DNA of 64,000 bases from Thermodesulfovibrionales bacterium (GTDB lineage Bacteria; Nitrospirota; Thermodesulfovibrionia; Thermodesulfovibrionales; Dissulfurispiraceae), in NCBI GenBank assembly GCA_020062545.1, contig JAGUWD010000029.1, positions 15,672 to 79,671 of the forward strand, written 5' to 3'. This document shows positions 28,386 to 36,036 of the stretch, one piece after another. The notes under the pieces were generated by a model. The model was not told where the DNA came from, did not search any database, and worked only from the letters and a program-made list of their open reading frames with translations. Every line of letters starts with the position of its first letter. The stretch's first letter is position 1. The translations under genes were made by a program, and so were the position numbers.

Positions 28386-29501
28386 ATGCTTGACAGGACA
28401 GAATTAAGAGAAATCGCATCAATGGAGGGCGGTTATTTTGTGAGTCTTTATCTCAATGTAGACCCTATGTTTAATCCAAAGGGCGACTATATGGTGCATT
28501 TCAAAAACATGATGAAGAATACCGTAGATTCGCTGGACAGGGCTGTGTATAAAGCAGTTAAGGATGATCTTGAAAAGGTGGACAACTATGTCATTTCAAA
28601 CAAGAGGATATTCAGGAAGGGGCTGGCTCTTATCAGTTCTACAGCCAAATCATTCTGGAAGGAATATAACATCAACGTCCCTGTAAAGAACGAACTCATC
28701 GTTGATAAAACACCATATACAAAGCCTTTGATGGATATTCTCGATAATTATCAGAGGTATGCAGTTCTGCTCGTTGATAAGGAATCTGCAAGGATATTCG
28801 CTGTCCATCTTGGAGAAATTGTTGAATACGGAGAAGTCCATACGCCTGCTGTCCCTGGAAAACATAAAAAGGGAGGATGGTTTGCCCTTTCCCAGAACCA
28901 TTATGAAAGGCATATAGACTTCCATATCGGCATGCACCTCAAGGATGTTGTGGAAAAGGTGGACTCATTCCTGAGTGGTGAATACATCGGAAGGCTTATC
29001 ATCGGCGGGTCTGACGAGGCTGTTTCCATGGTAAAGGGAATGCTCCATAAAACAGTTCTGGATAAAGTTATAGGCACGGCCAGGGTTGAGATGTTTGCAA
29101 AGAGCGATGAAGTGCTGAGAAGGGTCGAGCCAATTGTTTCTGCATATGAGAAGAAGAAAGAGGAAGAGACTGTGGAAAGCCTTATTGCAAAAGCCCTGAA
29201 GAATGAAAATGCCGTGCTCGGATTGGACGATGTGATTAGTGCACTTCAGGAGCAGAGGGTAATGAAGCTCGTTTTTGTAAAGGATTATAAGGCGAATGGA
29301 TACAACTGTAGCACATGCGGTTATTTGAGTGTGCAGAAGATCGATTCCTGCCCATTCTGCAAAGGGAAGATGGATGCTGTGGATTATATGGTGGATTTAG
29401 CAGGGCAAAAGGCAGTCCAGCAGAGTGCACTCATTGAGGTCGTCTCGGAAAGCAAGAAGCTGCTTGATGCAGGAGGAATAGGGGCATTTCTGAGATTCTA
29501 A
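28386..29501 (+). CDS. bacterial eRF1-like (baeRF / Vms1-Ankzf1-like) protein with C-terminal zinc ribbon
   Basis: GKHKKGGWFALSQNHYERH aligns by eye with the eRF1 GRGGQSALRFARLR loop; C-terminal CSTCG...CPFCKG. Confidence 0.45.
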   Translation: MLDRTELREIASMEGGYFVSLYLNVDPMFNPKGDYMVHFKNMMKNTVDSLDRAVYKAVKDDLEKVDNYVISNKRIFRKGLALISSTAKSFWKEYNINVPVKNELIVDKTPYTKPLMDILDNYQRYAVLLVDKESARIFAVHLGEIVEYGEVHTPAVPGKHKKGGWFALSQNHYERHIDFHIGMHLKDVVEKVDSFLSGEYIGRLIIGGSDEAVSMVKGMLHKTVLDKVIGTARVEMFAKSDEVLRRVEPIVSAYEKKKEEETVESLIAKALKNENAVLGLDDVISALQEQRVMKLVFVKDYKANGYNCSTCGYLSVQKIDSCPFCKGKMDAVDYMVDLAGQKAVQQSALIEVVSESKKLLDAGGIGAFLRF

Positions 29502-29502
29502 G

Positions 29503-29690
29503 ATGGGGAAGCGAGGCTTAAAAAAGAGGGCGGAGAGTTTAAGTTTGCAAATTCTAAGGCATGAGAATAAAATAAAGCATGAAAGGGCAAAACAGCTTCC
29601 GGATGAGGGCAAGATTCATCATTACGGGAGGCTGAGATTAAGGCGTTTAAAGATAATCTTTCGAGAGTATTAAAGAGGCTGGAAAAATGA
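29503..29690 (+). pseudogene. small basic coiled-coil ORF apparently split by a -1 frameshift in a G run
   Basis: ATG 29503 frame ends at 29673; the alternative frame from about 29628 reads EAEIKAFKDNLSRVLKRLEK and stops in an ATGA overlap with the next ORF (29687). Confidence 0.3.
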
Positions 29691-29914
29691 AAACATTGGC
29701 GTGCAAAAAAGTTAAAGTCAACAAAACATTATTGGCTCTTCTGAATGAATATCAGGAAGAGTGCCTTAATGCGGTAAAACTCATCGAGGGACTGAAACTC
29801 GAAGCGCTGACAGAAGAACAGATCGAAGACATGCTCGGCGAACTCTCGGCATCTATCACGCATCTAAAAGTCCATTCCGAGCAGTTGGAAAGATTGATAG
29901 AGGAGAAGCTTTAA
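29687..29914 (+). CDS. hypothetical small helical protein
   Basis: 75-aa ORF, no motif recognised. Confidence 0.35.
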   Translation: MKTLACKKVKVNKTLLALLNEYQEECLNAVKLIEGLKLEALTEEQIEDMLGELSASITHLKVHSEQLERLIEEKL

Positions 29915-29940
29915 GTTTTAAACTCAAATCACAGCCAGAG

Positions 29941-30025
29941 GCGGCATATCCGCATTGCGTCTATACCGCCAAATTGGAAGTATAGACGCAATAGTTGCGG
30001 ATGTAAATGAGATAGTGCTCATTTC
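29941..30025 (+). repeat. 85-bp two-hairpin repeat, copy 1
   Basis: Shares an identical 44-bp core (29960-30003) with copy 2; stem ccgca-ttgcgtctatac / gtatagacgcaa-tag-tgcgg with bulged bases, then aaatgag/ctcattt. Confidence 0.85.
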
Positions 30026-30110
30026 AGGCAAGAGTAAATACTAAAAATAACCTCTATTGCTGGCTTTAATTTGTTATAATTTATCATAACTCTTAAGGCG
30101 GGAGGTGCAA

Positions 30111-30305
30111 ATGAGTAAAAAGGAATTACTTTTAACCGAGATTGAACAAGTTCCAGAGCCTTTTCTTGATGAGGTATTGGATTTTGTTCATTTCTTAAAA
30201 ACAAAAATAATAAAGGAAAGATTAGACACTGCTATTGCAAGTGAATCCTCTCTCAAAAAAGATTGGCTAAAGCCGGAAGAGGATGAGGCATGGCAAAGTT
30301 TATAA
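30111..30305 (+). CDS. DUF2281-like antitoxin
   Basis: MSKKELLLTEIEQVPEPFLDEVLDFVHFLK; overlaps the toxin gene by 16 nt. Confidence 0.6.
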   Translation: MSKKELLLTEIEQVPEPFLDEVLDFVHFLKTKIIKERLDTAIASESSLKKDWLKPEEDEAWQSL

Positions 30306-30622
30306 AAGGCGATGTCGTTGTTGTTCCTTTCCCTTTCTCTGACCTGACGCAATCCAAAAGACGACCTGCTTTAGTTGTTTCTAAATTAGAGGGTGACGAC
30401 ATTATTCTTTGCCAGATAACCAGTCAAACAGTTAAAGACAACTATGCAATCTTACTCGATGATAAAAACTTTGAAACTGGAAGTCTAAAGCAGCCGAGTA
30501 ATATAAGACCTAACCGCATATTTACAGCAGACAGCAATATTGTCCTGTATAAAGTGGGTAATATTAAAACCGATAAACTTAACGAGATTATTGAAAAGAT
30601 AGTTGAAATTGTTCGAGGCTAA
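30290..30622 (+). CDS. mazF: MazF/PemK-family endoribonuclease toxin
   Basis: KGDVVVVPFPFSDLTQSKRRPALVV N-terminus typical of the PemK/MazF fold. Confidence 0.8.
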   Translation: MAKFIKGDVVVVPFPFSDLTQSKRRPALVVSKLEGDDIILCQITSQTVKDNYAILLDDKNFETGSLKQPSNIRPNRIFTADSNIVLYKVGNIKTDKLNEIIEKIVEIVRG

Positions 30623-30661
30623 AAGCAGTATTTTTTATATGCCTGCAACGGACGGCTAAAT

Positions 30662-30746
30662 GTGGCATATCCATTATGTCTATACCGCCAAATTGGAAGT
30701 ATAGACGCAATAGTTGCGGATGGGAATGAGTTAGCCGCTCACTTTG
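30662..30746 (+). repeat. 85-bp two-hairpin repeat, copy 2 (flanked by GGCTAAA ... GTTAGCC)
   Basis: 44-bp core 30679-30722 identical to copy 1; GGCTAAA 30654-30660 and its near-complement GTTAGCC 30730-30736 bracket it. Confidence 0.85.
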
Positions 30747-30750
30747 AACT

Positions 30751-31224
30751 ATGGGGTGTCTAATGGATTGGACAGCATTCGGAGCAATATCAACAGCTGT
30801 GAGCGCAGTTATTATGTTGGTCGCTGGTATTTTGGGTGTATGGCAGTTGATTGAAATGAAGCGTGCCAGCCAAATATCTGCTTTTGTAAGTATTGATGAG
30901 TTTCTTCAAGAGGAGCGCGTGCGGGAAGCTCGGAGGATTCTGCTATCTTTGAAAAGCAAAAACTTTGAGGAGTGGACACCGGAAGAAGTTCACGTGGCTG
31001 AATTGGTTTGCAGCCGATTTGATATTGTTGGAATTATGATAGATAACAGGCTCATTAAGGAAAAGCTTGTTGTGCCAGAATGGCGGCGTTCAATTATTGT
31101 GTCTTGAGAGGCTGCTCAACCGATGGTTAAAAAGTACCAAGCTGAACGAGGTCAAGACTTTTGGAATAACTTTAAAAGCCTATATGAGCGGGCAATAAAG
31201 ATTAAAGTTCAAAGCAGCGGCTAA
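30751..31224 (+). pseudogene. DUF4760-like membrane-anchored protein interrupted by an in-frame TGA (31105-31107)
   Basis: Listed ORF ends ...RRSIIVS*; the same frame continues EAAQPMVKKYQAERGQDFWNNFKSLYERAIKIKVQSSG to TAA 31222-31224. Confidence 0.4.
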
Positions 31225-31290
31225 CAGCGGCACAAACGGAAAACCTCACAAACCTATGGCTTCGTTTATGCCGCAAACGATAGTTGCAAT
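31219..31290 (+). repeat. hairpin element beginning GGCTAAC and ending ATAGTTGC
   Basis: gcggcacaaacgga / ttcgtttatgccgc 12/14-bp stem; the 3' ATAGTTGC is shared with the two 85-bp repeats. Confidence 0.6.
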
Positions 31291-31307
31291 TATGGGCATT
31301 GGAGAAA

Positions 31308-32018
31308 ATGAATTTTTCTGATGTTGTTATCATATTATGGGTTTTTAGTTTTTTCTCCTTTTCTGAAGGAATCTTAAGACAGTCAAAAAGATGGCAAAGA
31401 ATTCTGAATTTGTTTGAAACAGGAGTAGTTACAGTAGTTACATGGCGAGCAAATTCTGATATAAAAGGGGAGATTAAGGTTCTCACAAAATTTTTTGGTT
31501 ATATGGGTTTTGCTACTTTTATCTTCTTTGTTTTTAGTTTATGGCTAAAGTCTGGGTCTTTACAAAGTGTTTTTGGGATTGTCTTTTTGTTTAGTTTTTT
31601 CTCTTGGTTTTCATTTAAATGGACATTTGAGCATTTAAAACAATTGAAGGATTATTATCCTATGTTTTTGCTTCTTACCTTAGCGCCATGGCTATTATTT
31701 TTATTTGATTTGATAGAACCAAGAGCACATTTTCTTGAAATATTTAAGCCAATTTTTGAAATGTCTGGAATCGCATGGGGTTCACCTTTTAAAATTGCTA
31801 CCATTGTCTCATTAATATTTCTCGGATTTTTCTTACTAAACTATTTTTTTACATGGATAATATTTGCGCCATTTCCTATATTTATTCTTGCGTGCCTATG
31901 GATAAGTTCAAGAATTGCTAATTATTTAAGATCTAAGTTTAATAGAGAAGTAGTAATGGACATATCTATATTTATTCAGTTAATGGCACCTATTTATTTA
32001 TATTTTGCTGGCCGTTAA
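31308..32018 (+). CDS. hypothetical polytopic membrane protein (AT-rich)
   Basis: 6-7 hydrophobic segments; no motif recognised; start uncertain (TTG 31284 or ATG 31308). Confidence 0.4.
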   Translation: MNFSDVVIILWVFSFFSFSEGILRQSKRWQRILNLFETGVVTVVTWRANSDIKGEIKVLTKFFGYMGFATFIFFVFSLWLKSGSLQSVFGIVFLFSFFSWFSFKWTFEHLKQLKDYYPMFLLLTLAPWLLFLFDLIEPRAHFLEIFKPIFEMSGIAWGSPFKIATIVSLIFLGFFLLNYFFTWIIFAPFPIFILACLWISSRIANYLRSKFNREVVMDISIFIQLMAPIYLYFAGR

Positions 32019-32027
32019 TAAGGTTAG

Positions 32028-33668
32028 ATGATTAAAGTAGAAAGACGTCTGCAACTAACACGTCGCAAAAGACTGATGCCAAAACTCTTCTGGCTTCTTT
32101 TGCATCAAGAACGGAATATTATCTTATTCTTCTGCAGTACTTTAATAATTTTTCTCCTTTCCTGCTCATCCTCAGACCGCCTTGAGGGGTATGTCTATTA
32201 CAGGTTGAATGCAAATCCCACTACCCTTGACCCTGCTTTGATTACGGATGTCTCAAGTGCATCGATTGCAGCAAAGCTTTTTAACGGGCTTGTAAGATTA
32301 AATGATAGTCTCGAAATAGTGCCCGACATAGCAGAAAGGTGGGAAATATCAAAGGATGGCTTGAGATACAGATTTCATCTCAAAAAAGGAGTAAGATTTT
32401 TAAATGACCGTGAAGTTGAGGCTCAGGATTTTAAATACTCATTTGAGAGGATTTTAGACCCGAAGACAAAATCTCCAAATACATGGGTTTTTGATAAGGT
32501 TGAAGGTGCAAGGGAATTTCAGAAAGGCGATGCGAAAGAAGTTAAAGGCTTTAAGGTTATTGATAAGCATACATTTGAGATTAAACTCAGAAAGCCATTT
32601 TCACCGTTTTTAAGCATGCTCACTATGACGCCTGCCTATGTAATTCCAGAGGGAGATGTGAAAAAGTGGGGAAATGATTTTGCGAGCCATCCTTCAGGCA
32701 CGGGGCCTTTTGTTTTAAAGAGATGGCTTCCCAACAGGGAAGTGGTGCTTGAAAGAAACGGAAATTATTTTGATAAAAAGGCAAAGGTCAAGGGAATTGT
32801 GTATAAAATTATTCCTGAAGACCTGACCACCATTACTGAATTTGAGCTTGGAAACATAGATGTGATTTCCCTTCCTGCATCTGCTTATTCGAAATTCAAA
32901 AATGATAGAAAATGGAATAAATATATAATGTCCCTTGAAGGGCTTAATACCTATTATTTAGGCATGAATTCATCAAGGCCTCCCTTTAATAATCCGGATC
33001 TCAGAAAGGCAGTTTCTTATGCAATAGACAGGAGAAAAATTCTCGAAACATTTTATGAGGGAAGGGGAAGGCTTGCAGCAGGCCCTGTTCCTGATTTATT
33101 AAGAAAATGGGATGTAAAAGCAGGTATTAATTATGAGCCCCAGGAGGCTAAGGAAATAATTAGAAGAGAAGGCATGTCAGGGATAAATGTGAATATGTAT
33201 GTTACTGCTGATCAGGATGTTATAGACCTTGCAGAGATAATACAATCGTACCTTTCAGAGGTTGGTATAAATATGAGTATAAAGCAACTTGAATGGAGTG
33301 CCTACAAAGATGCAGTGAACAAAGGAGAACCGGACATGTTCTGGCTTAGCTGGTGGGCTGATTATCCTGACCCTGAAAACTTTCTTTTTCCGCTGTTCCA
33401 TTCATCAAATCTCGGGCCAGCAGGAAACAGGACGAGATATGTAAACAAAGAGGTGGACACCCTGATAGAGAAAGGACAGAATTCTCTTAACGAGAATGAG
33501 AGAAATAATTTCTATAAAAAGGCGGAAGATATCATCATTCGAGACATGCCATGGGTATCATTCTGGCATAGGACAGACTTTCTCATAAAACAGCCGTGGA
33601 TAAAGGGTTATGAGGTTTATCCAATTTACACGATGGACAAGGGCACAGAGGTAGCGATAGAAAGGTAG
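32028..33668 (+). CDS. ABC transporter substrate-binding lipoprotein, family 5 (peptide/nickel type)
   Basis: LLSC lipobox; LNANPTTLDPA, ..ITFHLRKGV-like RFHLKKGVRF, WWADYPDPENFL motifs; start may be ATG 32076. Confidence 0.85.
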   Translation: MIKVERRLQLTRRKRLMPKLFWLLLHQERNIILFFCSTLIIFLLSCSSSDRLEGYVYYRLNANPTTLDPALITDVSSASIAAKLFNGLVRLNDSLEIVPDIAERWEISKDGLRYRFHLKKGVRFLNDREVEAQDFKYSFERILDPKTKSPNTWVFDKVEGAREFQKGDAKEVKGFKVIDKHTFEIKLRKPFSPFLSMLTMTPAYVIPEGDVKKWGNDFASHPSGTGPFVLKRWLPNREVVLERNGNYFDKKAKVKGIVYKIIPEDLTTITEFELGNIDVISLPASAYSKFKNDRKWNKYIMSLEGLNTYYLGMNSSRPPFNNPDLRKAVSYAIDRRKILETFYEGRGRLAAGPVPDLLRKWDVKAGINYEPQEAKEIIRREGMSGINVNMYVTADQDVIDLAEIIQSYLSEVGINMSIKQLEWSAYKDAVNKGEPDMFWLSWWADYPDPENFLFPLFHSSNLGPAGNRTRYVNKEVDTLIEKGQNSLNENERNNFYKKAEDIIIRDMPWVSFWHRTDFLIKQPWIKGYEVYPIYTMDKGTEVAIER

Positions 33669-33693
33669 TCTGAAAATAGTGTAAAATTTGCCG

Positions 33694-34626
33694 ATGGCTG
33701 CTTATGTCCTGAAAAGGCTTCTTCTCTTAATCCCTCTTTTGTTCGGGATAACACTCCTTGCATTTTTTCTTCTCAATGCCCTCCCGGGCGACCCTGTATT
33801 GAGTCTTGTGGGAGAGCGTGCAAGCCCTGAGGTAATCGAAAACATAAGAAAAGAAATAGGTGTGGATAAAGGTTTTATAGGGCAGTACATGGGTTATCTC
33901 AAGCTCTTATTGCATGGAGATTTCGGAAGGTCTTACTACACAAACAGGGATGTGTTGAAGGATATTATCATGAAATTTCCGAATACAATGAGGCTCGCAT
34001 TTGCTGCCATGCTCATTGCAGTCCCATTGGGTATTGTTGCAGGCTTTATATCTGCTTACAAGCGGGACAGATTTATAGACAGGCTTATCAATGTGGTCTC
34101 AATTACAGGCCTGAGCATCCCCATATTCTGGAGTGCAATAATCATAATGCTCTTTTTGAGCCTCAAGTTAAAGTTATTTCCTCCGTCAGGCACGGGAGAT
34201 ATAAGGTTTTTGTTCCTGCCTGCCTTTGTGTTGTCAATTCCTGCTATGGCAACGCTATCGAGGGTTACGAGGACAACAATCCTGGACATACTGAAAATGC
34301 CCTATATAAATACTGCAAGGGCAAAGGGATTACCATCGATTAAGATAAGCATTGTCCATGTCTTAAAAAATGCCATCATTCCCATTGTCACCATTATCGG
34401 CCTCGACTTCGGCAGTTATCTGAACGGTGCTGTTGTTACAGAGACAATATTCGGATGGGACGGAATAGGAAGATTTACAATGGAGGGAATAATGAAGAGG
34501 GACTATCCTGTGATAATGGGATGCATAATTTTCGGGACAGCGGTCTTTGTACTTGTCAACCTGATCACAGATATACTTTATCACTATCTTGATCCGAGGA
34601 TAAGGCTTCATGCCAAAGAAAAGTAA
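33694..34626 (+). CDS. ABC transporter permease (DppB/OppB type)
   Basis: MAAYVLKRLL..LPGDP N-terminus, EAA-like loop ..YINTARAKGL.. Confidence 0.88.
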   Translation: MAAYVLKRLLLLIPLLFGITLLAFFLLNALPGDPVLSLVGERASPEVIENIRKEIGVDKGFIGQYMGYLKLLLHGDFGRSYYTNRDVLKDIIMKFPNTMRLAFAAMLIAVPLGIVAGFISAYKRDRFIDRLINVVSITGLSIPIFWSAIIIMLFLSLKLKLFPPSGTGDIRFLFLPAFVLSIPAMATLSRVTRTTILDILKMPYINTARAKGLPSIKISIVHVLKNAIIPIVTIIGLDFGSYLNGAVVTETIFGWDGIGRFTMEGIMKRDYPVIMGCIIFGTAVFVLVNLITDILYHYLDPRIRLHAKEK

Positions 34627-35428
34627 GATATCATTGAAATTATTGTTGCCGGTTCTTGTGATTGCTCTATTATTTGCTGTCTCTGTATTATCTCCCCTTC
34701 TCCCTATCTACGATCCCGATAAAATAGACCTCGATTCCATAAAAAGACCTCCGTGCATGGATCATCCATTCGGCACCGATAGCAAAGGCAGAGATATATT
34801 TGCAAGGGTTGTCCATGGAGGCAAGGTATCCATAGGCGTTGCAATTGTTGCCGCATTCGTGTCTGCCTTTATTGGTTTCGGTATTGGTATTGCTTCCGGA
34901 TATTTTGGAGGCAGGCTCGATACTGTGCTCATGTCTGTGGTCGATTTTATCCTTTCTTTTCCGTCACTCCTCCTTGCCATTGCCATATCTGTGATACTGC
35001 CGCCAGGCATATACACGGTAATGATCGCTATATCGACTGTGGGCTGGACATCATTTGCAAGGCTTATAAGAGGACACGTGTTGACCATTAAAGACATGCC
35101 TTTTGTTGACGCTGCGAGGGCTATGGGATGCAGCAATTTGAGAATAGTCGTTTTGCATATTGCTCCTCTGTGTATTCCTCTAAGTCTTGTGATGATGGGG
35201 ATCAAATTGGGAGGGTTTATTCTTACAGAAGCAACATTGAGCTTTCTTGGGCTTGGGGCACAGCCTCCAACTCCAACATGGGGCTCTATGATAAGCGCCA
35301 ACAGGGCATATATTCTTACTGCGCCATGGATGGTGCTTTTCCCCGGACTTGCAATATCAATAACTGCGTTTTGTTTTAATATGCTTGGAGAATCGTTAAA
35401 GGAAAGGTATGAATTTAAGGATAATTAA
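34610..35428 (+). CDS. ABC transporter permease (DppC/OppC type)
   Basis: HPFGTDSKGRDIFARVVHG, FVDAARAMG motifs; overlaps the upstream permease. Confidence 0.88.
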   Translation: MPKKSKISLKLLLPVLVIALLFAVSVLSPLLPIYDPDKIDLDSIKRPPCMDHPFGTDSKGRDIFARVVHGGKVSIGVAIVAAFVSAFIGFGIGIASGYFGGRLDTVLMSVVDFILSFPSLLLAIAISVILPPGIYTVMIAISTVGWTSFARLIRGHVLTIKDMPFVDAARAMGCSNLRIVVLHIAPLCIPLSLVMMGIKLGGFILTEATLSFLGLGAQPPTPTWGSMISANRAYILTAPWMVLFPGLAISITAFCFNMLGESLKERYEFKDN

Positions 35429-35455
35429 CTATTTGCTGTGAACCGTGAACTGTTT

Positions 35456-35857
35456 TTATCTTTCTCTTAGCTTCTCTTCTTCTTCCTGCTCTGTCTTGCA
35501 TTCTATGCACATAGTGGTTACCGGCCTTGCTTCGAGTCTCTTGATGTTTATCTCCTCGCCGCATATCTCGCATATGCCGTATGTGCCGCTGTCGATTTTC
35601 TCTATAGACTCATCTATTTTTTTAAGGAGCTGTCTTTCCCTTCCCTTAAGCCTCAGCATGAAATTCCTGTCGATCTCTGCCGATGCCTGATCCCCCATCT
35701 CAGGGAATAAGGTCTCATCAGGCAAGGAATTTAATGCAACCCCTGCCTCCGAAAGAAGGGCCTCTTTTTGCCTGATCAATTTTTTCTTAATCTCCTGAAT
35801 CTTCTCTTTCCTCAAAGAGAGGTTTTTATCTGTCTTTGTTTTATTTTTATCTTTCAT
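35456..35857 (-). CDS. dksA: DksA/TraR-family C4 zinc-finger protein
   Basis: YGICEICGEEI...CIECK C4 finger, coiled-coil N-terminus; start taken at MKDKNK. Confidence 0.8.
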   Translation of the reverse strand: MKDKNKTKTDKNLSLRKEKIQEIKKKLIRQKEALLSEAGVALNSLPDETLFPEMGDQASAEIDRNFMLRLKGRERQLLKKIDESIEKIDSGTYGICEICGEEINIKRLEARPVTTMCIECKTEQEEEEKLRER

Positions 35858-35962
35858 GTTTCTGTGCCTCTTAATTGAGATTTTTGATTGGTTGTTCGAA
35901 TACGATAACAGAAAATACAGGGCATAGTCAAACCACCGAATTGACAACACGCAGATAAAAAC

Positions 35963-35991
35963 TTGACAAAAGAGCAACTAATAATTAAAAT
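35963..35991 (+). promoter_or_regulatory. sigma-70-like promoter at the head of the cytochrome island
   Basis: TTGACA 35963-35968, 17-nt spacer, TAAAAT 35986-35991; RBS aggagggg before ATG 36037. Confidence 0.4.
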
Positions 35992-36036
35992 TTGACCAAA
36001 AATAATTTACAAAAAATTTACTTCAGGAGGGGCACC

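Noticed and set aside
31105-31107. Genome-wide TGA recoding (code 4 or 25)
   Set aside because: TGA ends many well-supported genes here at family-typical lengths (for example 14714-15334, vapB 54665, resB 58396 and the pentahaem 63279), so the in-frame TGA is local.
29500-32020. A complete integron
   Set aside because: There is no intI-like tyrosine recombinase and no attI/Pc arrangement in the window. Only the weaker cassette-array (CALIN-like) hypothesis is kept as a finding.
32028-35428. ABC importer lacking ATPase genes as an anomaly
   Set aside because: Peptide-type importers often have their DppD/F-like ATPases encoded elsewhere or shared. The locus is followed by a convergent dksA-like gene, and nothing suggests decay.
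35445-35690. 81-aa plus-strand ORF (Ser/Leu-rich) after the ABC permease
   Set aside because: It is antisense to the dksA-like zinc-finger gene, which has clear motifs, and its composition is low-complexity.
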